NCBI GenBank assembly: GCA_024686135.1 | Contig: JAIBDQ010000001.1 | Span: 26,985-90,984, forward strand | Direction of reading: 5' to 3' | DNA: 64,000 nt | Source: Halobacteriovorax sp. | GTDB taxonomy: Bacteria; Bdellovibrionota; Bacteriovoracia; Bacteriovoracales; Bacteriovoracaceae | Shown here: in pieces, positions 43,738 to 53,276 of the stretch | Numbering within the stretch: position 1 is the stretch's first letter | How the letters are laid out: every line of letters starts with the position of its first letter | Notes under the pieces: model-generated | What the model saw: only the letters and a program-made list of their open reading frames with translations | What the model was told of the DNA's origin: nothing | The model's database searches: none | Made by a program: the position numbers and the translations under genes

Positions 43738-44283
43738 CTATGCGGCAGTCTTTAAGAAACGAGGCGCAGTAGTAAGGCTTTCATAAGGCTCTAGCCAGTC
43801 TTTACCACCCTCTATGACTTTTAGTTCAAAACCTGGCTTCCTCTTTTTAACGAGCTTCTTTGGAAAAAGAGAAATTGGAGAGTTCTCGACTTCAAAGCAA
43901 ATATTCGAGCGCTCTGGCATATCTCCAGAATGGATAGCTGCCAAGACAATATAAGCTCCAAAGCCATCTGCTTTAATGGTGCACTTCTTATCAGCACTTT
44001 TATGAACTCGGTCACAAAAACTTTGTCCGTAGTCTTCTAATTGTTCTTCGGCCAGTTTTAGAAAGTAATAAATTCTCTCTCTATCGCAAGAGGATAAATG
44101 TTGTTTTTCAGTGGAGGAAAGACCAATGTTTTGAAAGTGGCACATAAGAGTTTTTTGAAAATCCACGTCATCTTCTGGGGTTAGGTCATAAGCAAAGAGA
44201 GTTCGCGTTTGCTTTCCCACTTTAATCTGGATCTTTCCCTTGAAAGGGTTTGCTTGCTTTAAAGTCTTCTTGATATCAGTCAT
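43738..44283 (-). CDS. hypothetical protein
   Basis: 181-aa ORF that fits between neighbours without overlap. No recognised domain. Confidence 0.45.
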   Translation of the reverse strand: MTDIKKTLKQANPFKGKIQIKVGKQTRTLFAYDLTPEDDVDFQKTLMCHFQNIGLSSTEKQHLSSCDRERIYYFLKLAEEQLEDYGQSFCDRVHKSADKKCTIKADGFGAYIVLAAIHSGDMPERSNICFEVENSPISLFPKKLVKKRKPGFELKVIEGGKDWLEPYESLTTAPRFLKTAA

Positions 44284-44404
44284 GATTAGCCCCTAAAAAT
44301 GCCTAGAACAAAAGTCTTAGTTCATATTCTAAAAGACTCTTCGGCAGAGACTAAGGGGGAAATAAATTATTTTATAACCCCCTGTAATTACTCAGGGTAT
44401 TGGA

Positions 44405-45142
44405 CTAAACTCTTTCTATGGATAACTTTAAATTATAAGATTCCACTTTAAAGTCCACAGAATCCCCTCTAAGCCCTTTTTCAAGTTTTACAGAGAGCGT
44501 TTCGCTCATGATGTAATCAGAGTGTTTTAGGATAGCCTCTGCAAGCTCAGGGTCTGTTTCAAAGCCTACATTAATGCGGTCATCAACATTAAAACCTAGG
44601 TCCTTTCGGGTCTTTTGAATACGATTGACCACTTCTCTTGCCAGTCCTTCATGAATTAGCTCTGGATTTAGCTCGCAATCAAGATCAATTGAGATATAGC
44701 GGTTCGATAAGGCCTGGGTCCCTTCCTTGGCTTCTCTAAAGACAAGAATGTCTTCAGATTTAAAAACCTCACCATCAAGAGTAAGTTCTCCTTTTTGTTC
44801 AAGCTCAGATAACTCCGCTACCCCTAGGGCCTCGATTTGTTTTCTAACTTTCCCAAATTCCTTTCCAAATCTCTTTCCAAGAACAGGAGAGTTTGGCTTA
44901 CAAAATAGTTTGATAAAACTATCCTCATCTTGAGAGTACTCAACCTCTTTAATATTCAGTTCCGTTTGGATATAGCTTTCAAGTTTTGAAATTTCATCAA
45001 GAACATTTTTATCTTTATGAAGAACAGTAAGTTTAGATAGGGGAGTTTTCACTTTTATCTGAACTTGATTTCTCTTTTGTCTTCCTAAAAGGATAATTTG
45101 TTGCATTCTATCTACGGCATCTTCTAGTTCTGGAATAATCAT
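44405..45142 (-). CDS. ileS: isoleucine--tRNA ligase (type 2), C-terminal fragment downstream of an in-frame TAA
   Basis: In the same frame as ORF 45179-47533. The 12 codons between the TAA and this ATG read VHLCDYPVADES, part of the conserved region that follows the catalytic core. Confidence 0.8.
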   Translation of the reverse strand: MIIPELEDAVDRMQQIILLGRQKRNQVQIKVKTPLSKLTVLHKDKNVLDEISKLESYIQTELNIKEVEYSQDEDSFIKLFCKPNSPVLGKRFGKEFGKVRKQIEALGVAELSELEQKGELTLDGEVFKSEDILVFREAKEGTQALSNRYISIDLDCELNPELIHEGLAREVVNRIQKTRKDLGFNVDDRINVGFETDPELAEAILKHSDYIMSETLSVKLEKGLRGDSVDFKVESYNLKLSIERV

Positions 45143-45178
45143 GGACTCATCGGCAACTGGGTAGTCGCAAAGATGAAC

Positions 45179-47533
45179 TTATTCAGCTTCTTTTGAACCT
45201 GGATTGAACTTTAGAAGTTCTTGGTAAACATGCTCACTTAAAAATGGTGAGAATGGAGCCATCGCCGTGGATAACTCTTTGATACAAGTATACAAAGTAG
45301 AGTAGGCTGAGCATTTATCATCTGAAAGGCCTTCTCCCCAAAAACGGGATCGATTCAAGCGGATATACCAATTGGTAAGGTCTTCAATAAATGTAAAAAG
45401 GGCCGGTACCACATTGTATAGTTTGTAGGCTTCCATCTCTTTAGAGATATTTTTCTTTAGAGTTTGAAGATTTGAAAGGATCCAACGGTCGGTGATATTA
45501 TCTCCAACCTCGAAATTTTCCTTTGAGTTCCAGCCATCAACTTCAGCATAAGTAGAAAAGAATTTGAATGAGTTGTACCAAGGAAGAAGGGCACGGCGAA
45601 CCATGTCCTTTACTCCGCTATCAGCAAATCTCTGATCTTCAGCTCTAACCAGCCCTGAGTTTATAAGGTAAAGCCTTAGGGCATCGGCCCCAAAGTCTTC
45701 CATGAGTAAGTCAGGAGCGGTGTAGTTCTTAAGCCGCTTACTCATCTTTTTACCGTCTTCTGCATTTACGATGCCGTTAACGATAACGTTTTTAAAAGCA
45801 GGCTTCTCAAAAAGGGCAGTACTTAAAACGGTTAAGGTATAAAACCAGCCACGGGTCTGATCTAAGCCTTCGGCGATAAACTCTGCAGGGAAGCCTTGTT
45901 CGAAAACGTCGCTGTTTTCAAAAGGGTAATGAAGCTGAGCATAAGGCATAGAGCCTGATTCAAACCAACAGTCGAGAACTTCTGTGATTCTTTTATAAGT
46001 TCCTTCTTCTCCATCAATATTAAATTCGATTGGGTCAACAACTTCTCTATGGAGGTCATCAACTTTAATTCCAGTGTATTTTTCAAGTTCTTCAATTGAC
46101 CCTATACAGAGAAACTTCTCAGACTTTTGGTTAAACCAAACGGGAAGAGGTGTTCCCCAAACTCTGTTACGTGAGATAGACCAGTCACGAGCACCTTCAA
46201 GCCATTTACCAAAACGACCATCTTTTAGGTGGTCGGGAACCCATCTTACCTGGCTATTAGACTTAAGAAGCTTGTCCTTTATGGACTCAACGTTTACATA
46301 CCAGGAAGGGATAACTTTATAGATAAGTGGTGTATCTGAACGAGGACAGAAAGGATAACTGTGTACAAGAACTGATTGCTCAAAGACTTTATCTTCATCC
46401 TTGAGTTTCTTTATGATTCCTTTGTCGGCATCTTTTACATACTGTCCTACAAAATCAGAAACAGCGTCAGTAAATAACCCATGATCATCGATTGGACATT
46501 CTAGGGCATCGATCTTGGCTTCTTTCATCACTCTATTATCATCTTCACCAAAGGCAGGAGCGATATGAACGATTCCTGTACCAGCGTCAGTCGTGACATA
46601 GCCATCATTTAATATTTGAAAGGCCCCTTCTGATTCATATTTAGAAAAATAAGAAAAGAGAGGTTCATACTTCTTACCTTTTAAGTCAGACCCTTTCATT
46701 TCTTCGAGGGTTTCAAACTCTCTTTTTTTGCTATAAGCCTCTAAGCGATCTTTAGCAAAGTAGATGCTTTTGCCAGATTCTTTCTCTTTTACTTTTACGT
46801 AATCGATATCTGCACCAGCACAGAGACATAAGTTTGATGGCAAAGTCCAGGGGGTTGTCGTCCAAGCGGCAACATAGGCATCTTCATCTTTTAATTTAAA
46901 GAGAACCGTTACTGCTGGATCTTGAACGTCCATATAGTTTTGACCAGCCTCAAAATTTGAAAGGACAGTTCCAAGAGCTGTTGAGTAGGGAACTACTCTG
47001 GTTCCTTGATAAATTAGTTTTTTATCCCAAAGTTGTTTAAAAACCCACCAAACAGATTCCATGAAAGTAACATCCATGGTTTTATAATCATTTTCAAAAT
47101 CAACCCATCGGCCAATTCGAGTGATGGTCTTTTCCCACTCATTTGTATATCTTTGAACAATCCCACGGCACTCATCGTTGTAACCTTTGATGCCTAACTT
47201 CTCGACGGCAGCTTGAGCTGACATACCTAGTTTCTTGTCGATCTCATGCTCAACAGGAAGACCGTGGCAATCCCAACCAAAACGTCTCTCTACATAGCGA
47301 CCTTTCATCGTCCAATATCTAGGAACAGCATCTTTTAGAATCGAACCAACTAGGTGTCCGTGGTGCGGTAGGCCTGTTGCAAATGGAGGACCGTCATAAA
47401 AAATATAGGGAGCACCTGACTTTGTTTTTTCCAAAGACTTTTTAAAAATATCTTTCTCTTTCCAAAACTTTAAGATCTCTTGTTCGGTTTCGACGAATGA
47501 AAAGGCTTCGTTCGTTTTCTCAACTTCACTCAC
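45179..47533 (-). CDS. ileS: isoleucine--tRNA ligase (type 2), N-terminal 784-aa fragment ending at an in-frame TAA
   Basis: HIGH-type motif PPFATGLPHHGHL, KMSKS motif KMSKRLKNY, editing-domain insert. GTG start follows AGGAG. The two fragments together would give about 1042 aa, normal for type-2 IleRS. Confidence 0.9.
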   Translation of the reverse strand: MSEVEKTNEAFSFVETEQEILKFWKEKDIFKKSLEKTKSGAPYIFYDGPPFATGLPHHGHLVGSILKDAVPRYWTMKGRYVERRFGWDCHGLPVEHEIDKKLGMSAQAAVEKLGIKGYNDECRGIVQRYTNEWEKTITRIGRWVDFENDYKTMDVTFMESVWWVFKQLWDKKLIYQGTRVVPYSTALGTVLSNFEAGQNYMDVQDPAVTVLFKLKDEDAYVAAWTTTPWTLPSNLCLCAGADIDYVKVKEKESGKSIYFAKDRLEAYSKKREFETLEEMKGSDLKGKKYEPLFSYFSKYESEGAFQILNDGYVTTDAGTGIVHIAPAFGEDDNRVMKEAKIDALECPIDDHGLFTDAVSDFVGQYVKDADKGIIKKLKDEDKVFEQSVLVHSYPFCPRSDTPLIYKVIPSWYVNVESIKDKLLKSNSQVRWVPDHLKDGRFGKWLEGARDWSISRNRVWGTPLPVWFNQKSEKFLCIGSIEELEKYTGIKVDDLHREVVDPIEFNIDGEEGTYKRITEVLDCWFESGSMPYAQLHYPFENSDVFEQGFPAEFIAEGLDQTRGWFYTLTVLSTALFEKPAFKNVIVNGIVNAEDGKKMSKRLKNYTAPDLLMEDFGADALRLYLINSGLVRAEDQRFADSGVKDMVRRALLPWYNSFKFFSTYAEVDGWNSKENFEVGDNITDRWILSNLQTLKKNISKEMEAYKLYNVVPALFTFIEDLTNWYIRLNRSRFWGEGLSDDKCSAYSTLYTCIKELSTAMAPFSPFLSEHVYQELLKFNPGSKEAE

Positions 47534-47695
47534 GGCAAACTCCTACTTTATAGTGAGGGCGGCATAATAGCCTCGAAAAGATGCAATTTCAACGACTTGC
47601 CTCAATCTAGTCTTAGCTAGGGGCAATCAATTCCCCCGAGGCTTAATTAGCCGATTTTACTGGTTTTTGAAAAACTCTCAACCGAAAAGTTATGT

Positions 47696-49252
47696 ATGAA
47701 ACATTGGACTCTTTTTCTTTTTCTGATTTTGGCGAGCTCGCTTTCCTATGGGGATGATCTGGATGCACTAGATGCCATGCTCGACAGTGATGAGAAAATG
47801 GACGAGATTTCTCTAGATTTGGCGATGGATGTGGAAACAACTGAAAGTAGAGGAAAAGGCAGAGCCGAAAATGAATTTCGTTTGTATCGTGAAAATCGAG
47901 ATGTTCAGTTTAATTTTAAAGGCGTGAAAAAGAACCTCATTAAATGGAATGAAATTAATCCAGATGGCTGGCTTAGTCTAGGCGCCTGGAAAAAGTCTAG
48001 AGTAAGAAAAGATCAAGAGCCGGAGTGGAAACTAAACTTAATTGAAAGAAACTTAAGAGAACTTGTAGGTCGTTTTTTAGAATGTGTTGGAGACTGCCGA
48101 ATTTATAGAGGAGAAGGTTTTTCAACTTCTCAGTTTAAATCAAGGGTAAGAGAGTTAGACGAAATTATAACTCAAGAGAATTCTTACGCTTGGATTGCTA
48201 TCGCAGATGGAACTATGGTGCGCCTTTCTCCAAATACCTCTGTAAGTTTTAAAGAAATAAATATTGGAAAGAAAGAAAATTTTATTCATTTAAGGATCAA
48301 CTCAGGAAATCTATTAGTTTTAAACAGAGCAAAGCATAAATATAAAGTCCGAAATCTTAGAGAAACGGACAAAGTTTTTTTACCTTTAGGAGTAAACGCC
48401 GCGAACCCAGAAGAAGTAAAAATTAAACTGAATGAAGATGATCTATCAAACTTTATTGAAAAAAACACAACGGTTCAAAAGCATTATGAAAAACTTAATA
48501 CTTATATTGAAGCCAATAATGATTTGATTGAAGGAAAAGAAACACACACCATGGTTGTTATGCCAAACGGAACTGTTTTTGGGAAGAATATGCAAGCTGA
48601 ATTTGTCGTGCTCCTAGGTGGGGAGTCTTATGTAAAGCAAAGAACGTTCGCAGAACAGTTTATGGAATTAGATGAAGAGTCTGACCCAGAGTCAGAGCTA
48701 GAGTATTTCTATAGAGGATTTGAAAATAAAGAAAAGTTCTCACTTGAGGCGGGTAATTGGTATAGAGTCGGAATTAAAGGGAAGTCTATTGTTCCCCATA
48801 CAGACCCACAGATTTTTAGAGTTGGTGAGTATTTAACGAGTAATATACCAAGCATTCTTTTAGCCAGAGAAATATTATTAGAAGAAAAGAGTGAGTTCAT
48901 TTTTAAAACTGGAATTAGCCGTAAAGACTTAGCCGAAAATGGTGGCTACCGACTATGGGGCGAGATAGATAAAAAAGGTGATGATCTAAATTTGAGAGTT
49001 CGATTTCTAAAGGAATACACGAGAAGAATTGAGACCACTAACTTAGTTGTCGCTAGACAATTTAAGAGAAGAGCCAGTGATAGAGGCGAGTTAACTAAAA
49101 GTATGATTTACGATAGTTCGTTCTACGATCGAGCACTGAGAGATTATATCGTGAGTCGTGATTCGGAAATTGTTGTTGATACTGATAGAGAAGTGTTAAA
49201 CTCAACCAAAAAGCTTTTCTGGAAGATTATCAATGAGAAAAAAAGAAAGTGA
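47696..49252 (+). CDS. exported FecR-domain-like protein
   Basis: Signal peptide. The segment AWIAIADGTMVRLSPNTSVSFKEIN resembles the FecR sensor domain. Confidence 0.45.
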   Translation: MKHWTLFLFLILASSLSYGDDLDALDAMLDSDEKMDEISLDLAMDVETTESRGKGRAENEFRLYRENRDVQFNFKGVKKNLIKWNEINPDGWLSLGAWKKSRVRKDQEPEWKLNLIERNLRELVGRFLECVGDCRIYRGEGFSTSQFKSRVRELDEIITQENSYAWIAIADGTMVRLSPNTSVSFKEINIGKKENFIHLRINSGNLLVLNRAKHKYKVRNLRETDKVFLPLGVNAANPEEVKIKLNEDDLSNFIEKNTTVQKHYEKLNTYIEANNDLIEGKETHTMVVMPNGTVFGKNMQAEFVVLLGGESYVKQRTFAEQFMELDEESDPESELEYFYRGFENKEKFSLEAGNWYRVGIKGKSIVPHTDPQIFRVGEYLTSNIPSILLAREILLEEKSEFIFKTGISRKDLAENGGYRLWGEIDKKGDDLNLRVRFLKEYTRRIETTNLVVARQFKRRASDRGELTKSMIYDSSFYDRALRDYIVSRDSEIVVDTDREVLNSTKKLFWKIINEKKRK

Positions 49253-49832
49253 TATCAAATTAATACTCGCAAGTGGTTCCCCTCGTCGTAAACAACTCCT
49301 AGGTTTTTTGAAAATCCCTTTTGAAGTTCAAACAGCAGATATTGAAGAAGTTTCTAACTTAGAAACACCTGAAGAGCAGGCCTGCGATATTTCTGAGCAA
49401 AAGGGAAGGGCCGTATTTAAAAAAATAAGCGAAGAGAATGCCTTGATTATTTCTTCAGACACAATGGTTATTTTAGAAGGGGAAATTTATGGAAAACCGG
49501 AAAATCGAGACAATGCCAGGGAGATGCTAAAAAAGCTTTCTGGGAAAACTCATGATGTTGTTACCGCCGTAAGCTTTATTGATAGTTCTGGTGAGGCTTT
49601 TAGCTTTTTTGATAAGACACAGGTAAGTTTCAATGAGATAGACCCTGTCATATTGGAAGAGTATTTAGATACAGAAGATAGTTTAGATAAGGCCGGCGCT
49701 TACGGGATTCAAGGTCCCAGCCTCACTTTCATAAGCCGAATAGAGGGGTCTTATTCAAATGTAGTTGGATTCCCTTTAGAGAAAGTCATTCAAAAGCTAA
49801 AAGAAAGAGGATATTGGACTAAGCTTAAATAG
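49233..49832 (+). CDS. maf: Maf-family nucleoside triphosphate pyrophosphatase
   Basis: ILASGSPRRKQLL, SSDTMV and AGAYGIQG motifs. Confidence 0.9.
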   Translation: MRKKESDIKLILASGSPRRKQLLGFLKIPFEVQTADIEEVSNLETPEEQACDISEQKGRAVFKKISEENALIISSDTMVILEGEIYGKPENRDNAREMLKKLSGKTHDVVTAVSFIDSSGEAFSFFDKTQVSFNEIDPVILEEYLDTEDSLDKAGAYGIQGPSLTFISRIEGSYSNVVGFPLEKVIQKLKERGYWTKLK

Positions 49833-49849
49833 AACTCTAGAATAAGATC

Positions 49850-50290
49850 ATGAAGTGCCTCGTTATCCTTTTATTTCCACTTATTTTATTTGCTCAAGAT
49901 AAAGAGAGCCAAAGCACGCTTGTTCATAAAAGTTTAGTCGAACTCAAGAATTTAAAGCCTGAGGAGTTTGATAAAAAAATTGATGATTATAGAAACTCAA
50001 TTGAAAAATATATAGAAAAGAAAAAAAGAGTTTGTAACGGTGAGTTTACGACAATTATTTTAAGTGACTCTGAAGATCAATCTAAAAAACAGTCAAAGAA
50101 ATTATCCTCAGACGAGAAGAAGCTTTGCTTCAATGAATTAAAAGCAATTTATAAAACTTATATCAACCATCTTTTCTTGGTAAGAACTAGATTTTTAGAA
50201 TTCTTAAATAAAAAGCGCATAGAAGAGCTGGCTTCGATTAGAGACGAAACTCTCAAAAGTATAGATTCTACATTCAACAGAAAAAGATAA
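49850..50290 (+). CDS. hypothetical exported protein
   Basis: 146 aa with a signal peptide, followed by a charged helical region. Confidence 0.5.
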   Translation: MKCLVILLFPLILFAQDKESQSTLVHKSLVELKNLKPEEFDKKIDDYRNSIEKYIEKKKRVCNGEFTTIILSDSEDQSKKQSKKLSSDEKKLCFNELKAIYKTYINHLFLVRTRFLEFLNKKRIEELASIRDETLKSIDSTFNRKR

Positions 50291-50296
50291 CCCAAT

Positions 50297-50476
50297 TTAC
50301 TTATCTGAAATTTTTTGGGTAATCTGATTCGCGAAGATAATAGGTTTTAAACTTTTACTTCTCGTAATGCTTTTTTTGGGTCGTAGGCTTAGCCGCTTAC
50401 TAGTAAGCTTGCTCATACGATCGCTTTCAGTTGGAATCATCCGACCCAACTTGTCCGCTTTAAATGTCGGTTTCAT
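50297..50476 (-). CDS. 59-aa basic small protein (unannotated small ORF)
   Basis: MKPTFKADKLGRMIPTESDRMSKLTSKRLSLRPKKSITRSKSLKP... AGGAG lies 7 nt upstream of the ATG. Confidence 0.4.
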   Translation of the reverse strand: MKPTFKADKLGRMIPTESDRMSKLTSKRLSLRPKKSITRSKSLKPIIFANQITQKISDK

Positions 50477-50816
50477 TTCTCATCTCCTAATTGGTTAAAG
50501 TGTTAAATAGCCTTTCTGAACGAAGGACTGGTAACACAACCAATTAGATAAATGAGCTCAGATGAGCTATTTAGAAATTAGTTGATACCAGCTCGTTTTC
50601 GTACTCGGAAGTTCTCAAATAGACTCCTTTGCTAGAGTTACGAAGATTGTGAGCTAACTCAATCTACTATTGATATCTTATCATAAGAGTGGATTTCATT
50701 CATTGCATCACCCCGGCATGTCTTTCCGGGGCTCCAAATCATTGTAAATACTAGAATTCTAGGACAACATATAGGGTGTATTTGTTATAAAAACACTAAA
50801 AAGAGGCATTTCCCCT

Positions 50817-51779
50817 ATGAAGAGTATTATCATCCTCGCAGGTCTTATATTTTCAATTACTGGCTGTGGAACGTTCAAAAAAATGGCCATCGGAACAACT
50901 TCGGGCATGTTTTATGAGGCTACTGGAGAACTGGAAACAGATGGAAACTGGGACAGTTTTAAATCCGGTGCCATGGGGAATATCAAGCTGATGGAAGGTC
51001 TTCTTTATATTGCTCCAGGTGACGATGATCTTCTGGCAAGTTTAACTAAGGCCTACGCTGGTTATGCTTTTGGCGTTTATGAAACTTTATATTTAGGAGA
51101 TAAGCTTGCTGAAAATGATGAAGAGCATAACTTAAATCAAGCCATTTATAATTATTCAAAGGCCGTTAATTACGGACTTGCTTACTTGAAAGAACAAGGT
51201 GTTTCCTTTGAAAGATTAAAGAAGAATATAGGAGACGTTAAGGAAATTTTAAAAGATGAACTTGGAACTGGTAAAAGAGATCTTGAAACAGCTTTTTATG
51301 TAGGGCAGGCACTAGGATCTCTAGTTAATCTTCAAAAAACAAATATGGCCTTAATTACTTTGGTACCTATGGCCAAGGGAATGTTTGATTATGTTTGTGA
51401 GACTGAGCCGGAGTTTAATCATGGAGCCTGTGGTATCTTTTATGGTTCATATGAAGCCAGTAGACCAAAAATGCTAGGTGGAAATCCTGAAAAAGGTAAA
51501 CAGATCTTTTTGAAGACAATTAAAGAAAATCCACATAACTGGTTTGCTAGAGCGGCCTTCATAGAGCAGTACATAGTTCCCATGGTGGATGAAGACGAAT
51601 ACGAAACGCAAAAGGAATTCTTGGAAGAAGCTGCAGAAAGTTTTGATAAAGAACTTAAATGGAATCCCTTCAAAAAAGAAAGCGAAGCTGCATTCAAGAA
51701 GAAGAGCCTAAAGGTTTTTCAAGCTCTTGGTTTAAAAAGATTTGAAATTATTAGTAAATACGAAAAAGAAATTTTCTAG
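50817..51779 (+). CDS. TatT-like TPR lipoprotein component of a TRAP transporter
   Basis: Lipobox FSITGC. All-helical TPR-like sequence. Positioned directly upstream of dctP/Q/M-type genes, as in TPR-protein-associated TRAP transporters. Confidence 0.55.
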   Translation: MKSIIILAGLIFSITGCGTFKKMAIGTTSGMFYEATGELETDGNWDSFKSGAMGNIKLMEGLLYIAPGDDDLLASLTKAYAGYAFGVYETLYLGDKLAENDEEHNLNQAIYNYSKAVNYGLAYLKEQGVSFERLKKNIGDVKEILKDELGTGKRDLETAFYVGQALGSLVNLQKTNMALITLVPMAKGMFDYVCETEPEFNHGACGIFYGSYEASRPKMLGGNPEKGKQIFLKTIKENPHNWFARAAFIEQYIVPMVDEDEYETQKEFLEEAAESFDKELKWNPFKKESEAAFKKKSLKVFQALGLKRFEIISKYEKEIF

Positions 51780-51793
51780 ATAAGGAATAGATT

Positions 51794-52762
51794 ATGATTA
51801 AATCACTCTTAGTGCTTGGGTCACTATTAATTACAACTCAACTTTACGCGGTTACATTGAAATTTGGTGTTCTTGCTCCAGAAGGAACTAACTGGGCAAA
51901 GCAGATGAAGAAGATGGCGAAAGAAGTAAAGAAGGCGACCAATAAAAAGGTTAAATTTAAAATTTATTTCGGTGGTGCTCAGGGAGATGAGCATGACGTT
52001 TTACGAAAAATTCGAGTTGGTCAGTTACATGGTGGTATGTTTACGGGTAAGACACTTGGAGATATCAATGGTGATGTGAGAGTCGTCGAACTTCCATTCA
52101 CATTTATGGGAGATCGGTCAAAGGCCTGGAATGCCGTTGAGAAGATGGCTGGATTCTTTGACAAAGGTTTTAACAAAAATGAATTTGTTAATTTAGGTTT
52201 TAGTGAAATTGGTCTAGTTTATTTTGTTAGTCAAAAAGATACACCAAATATTAAAGCTCTTAATGGTGTTAAAATTTGGTCTTGGGAAGGTGATAAACTT
52301 GTTTCGGCCATGATTGAAGAAATGAAGCTGATCTCAGTGCCACTACCGCTGCCAGATGTTCTTAGTTCACTTTCGACAGGAATTATCGAAGCTGCTTATG
52401 CTCCTCCGCTAGGAATTGTTTCTCTTCAGTGGAATTCAAAAATTAAATATTTAGTGGATTTCCCAATTGCCTATTCTGTCGGTGCATTCCTCGTTAGTAA
52501 TAAAGGTTGGAACAAGGTTCCAGCTGAACATCGTGAAACAGTTAAGAAAATAACGGCAAAATATATTGCAAAAGTATCTAAAGCTAACGTCGATGACAAT
52601 CAAGCCGCGCTTGAAAGTATGAAAGCACTCGGAGTTAAGTTTACAAAGTTTCCTGATTCAGATGTTGAAACTGGAAAGAAACTAAGAGAACAAATTGTGA
52701 AAAAGCTTAAAGGTAAGTTATTTTCTGCTGAAGCATATAATTTATTATTGAAACACCTCTAG
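51794..52762 (+). CDS. dctP: TRAP transporter substrate-binding protein (DctP type)
   Basis: Signal peptide plus DctP-like sequence (KFGVLAPEGTNWAK..., VRKIRVGQLHGG). Confidence 0.8.
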   Translation: MIKSLLVLGSLLITTQLYAVTLKFGVLAPEGTNWAKQMKKMAKEVKKATNKKVKFKIYFGGAQGDEHDVLRKIRVGQLHGGMFTGKTLGDINGDVRVVELPFTFMGDRSKAWNAVEKMAGFFDKGFNKNEFVNLGFSEIGLVYFVSQKDTPNIKALNGVKIWSWEGDKLVSAMIEEMKLISVPLPLPDVLSSLSTGIIEAAYAPPLGIVSLQWNSKIKYLVDFPIAYSVGAFLVSNKGWNKVPAEHRETVKKITAKYIAKVSKANVDDNQAALESMKALGVKFTKFPDSDVETGKKLREQIVKKLKGKLFSAEAYNLLLKHL

Positions 52763-52772
52763 GAGGTATCTT

Positions 52773-53276
52773 TTGGGATTTTTAAGGGCCATAGATAAAG
52801 GCGTTGAGAAAGTTGCAGGCTGGGGATTAGTCGTCTGCGTTTTAACAATGCTTTTTTTGAGTACGTTAGTCATTGTTATGAGATGGTTTGGAGTTACCTT
52901 TCTTTGGTTTGACCCATTCATCAGACATGTTGTTTTCATTAGTACTTTTCTCGGTGGAGTAATTGCAACGGGAAGAGGAACTCATATTGGAATCGATATC
53001 CTTGGAAAATATCTTGAAAGTAAAAATATGGAAGGAGCGCAAGTATGGATTGAACGTCTTATTGCATTCGTTTCTGCAGGGACACTTGTTTGGTTAATCC
53101 AAGCCTCTTGGGCCTTCATGTTGAGTGAGCTCAAGTATGGAAAACCTAGCTTCTTTGGAATTCATAGTGGATATCTAACGGCAATTATTCCAATTGGTTT
53201 CGCCCTCATTGCTTATCGATTCTTCTTTCTTTTTGTAGCAAGCTTTTCCTCAAAAGAGGAGGCTTCGAATGTTTGA
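52773..53276 (+). CDS. dctQ: TRAP transporter small permease (DctQ type)
   Basis: 167 aa with four hydrophobic helices. TTG start 6 nt after AGGAGG, which overlaps the dctP TAG stop. Confidence 0.8.
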   Translation: MGFLRAIDKGVEKVAGWGLVVCVLTMLFLSTLVIVMRWFGVTFLWFDPFIRHVVFISTFLGGVIATGRGTHIGIDILGKYLESKNMEGAQVWIERLIAFVSAGTLVWLIQASWAFMLSELKYGKPSFFGIHSGYLTAIIPIGFALIAYRFFFLFVASFSSKEEASNV

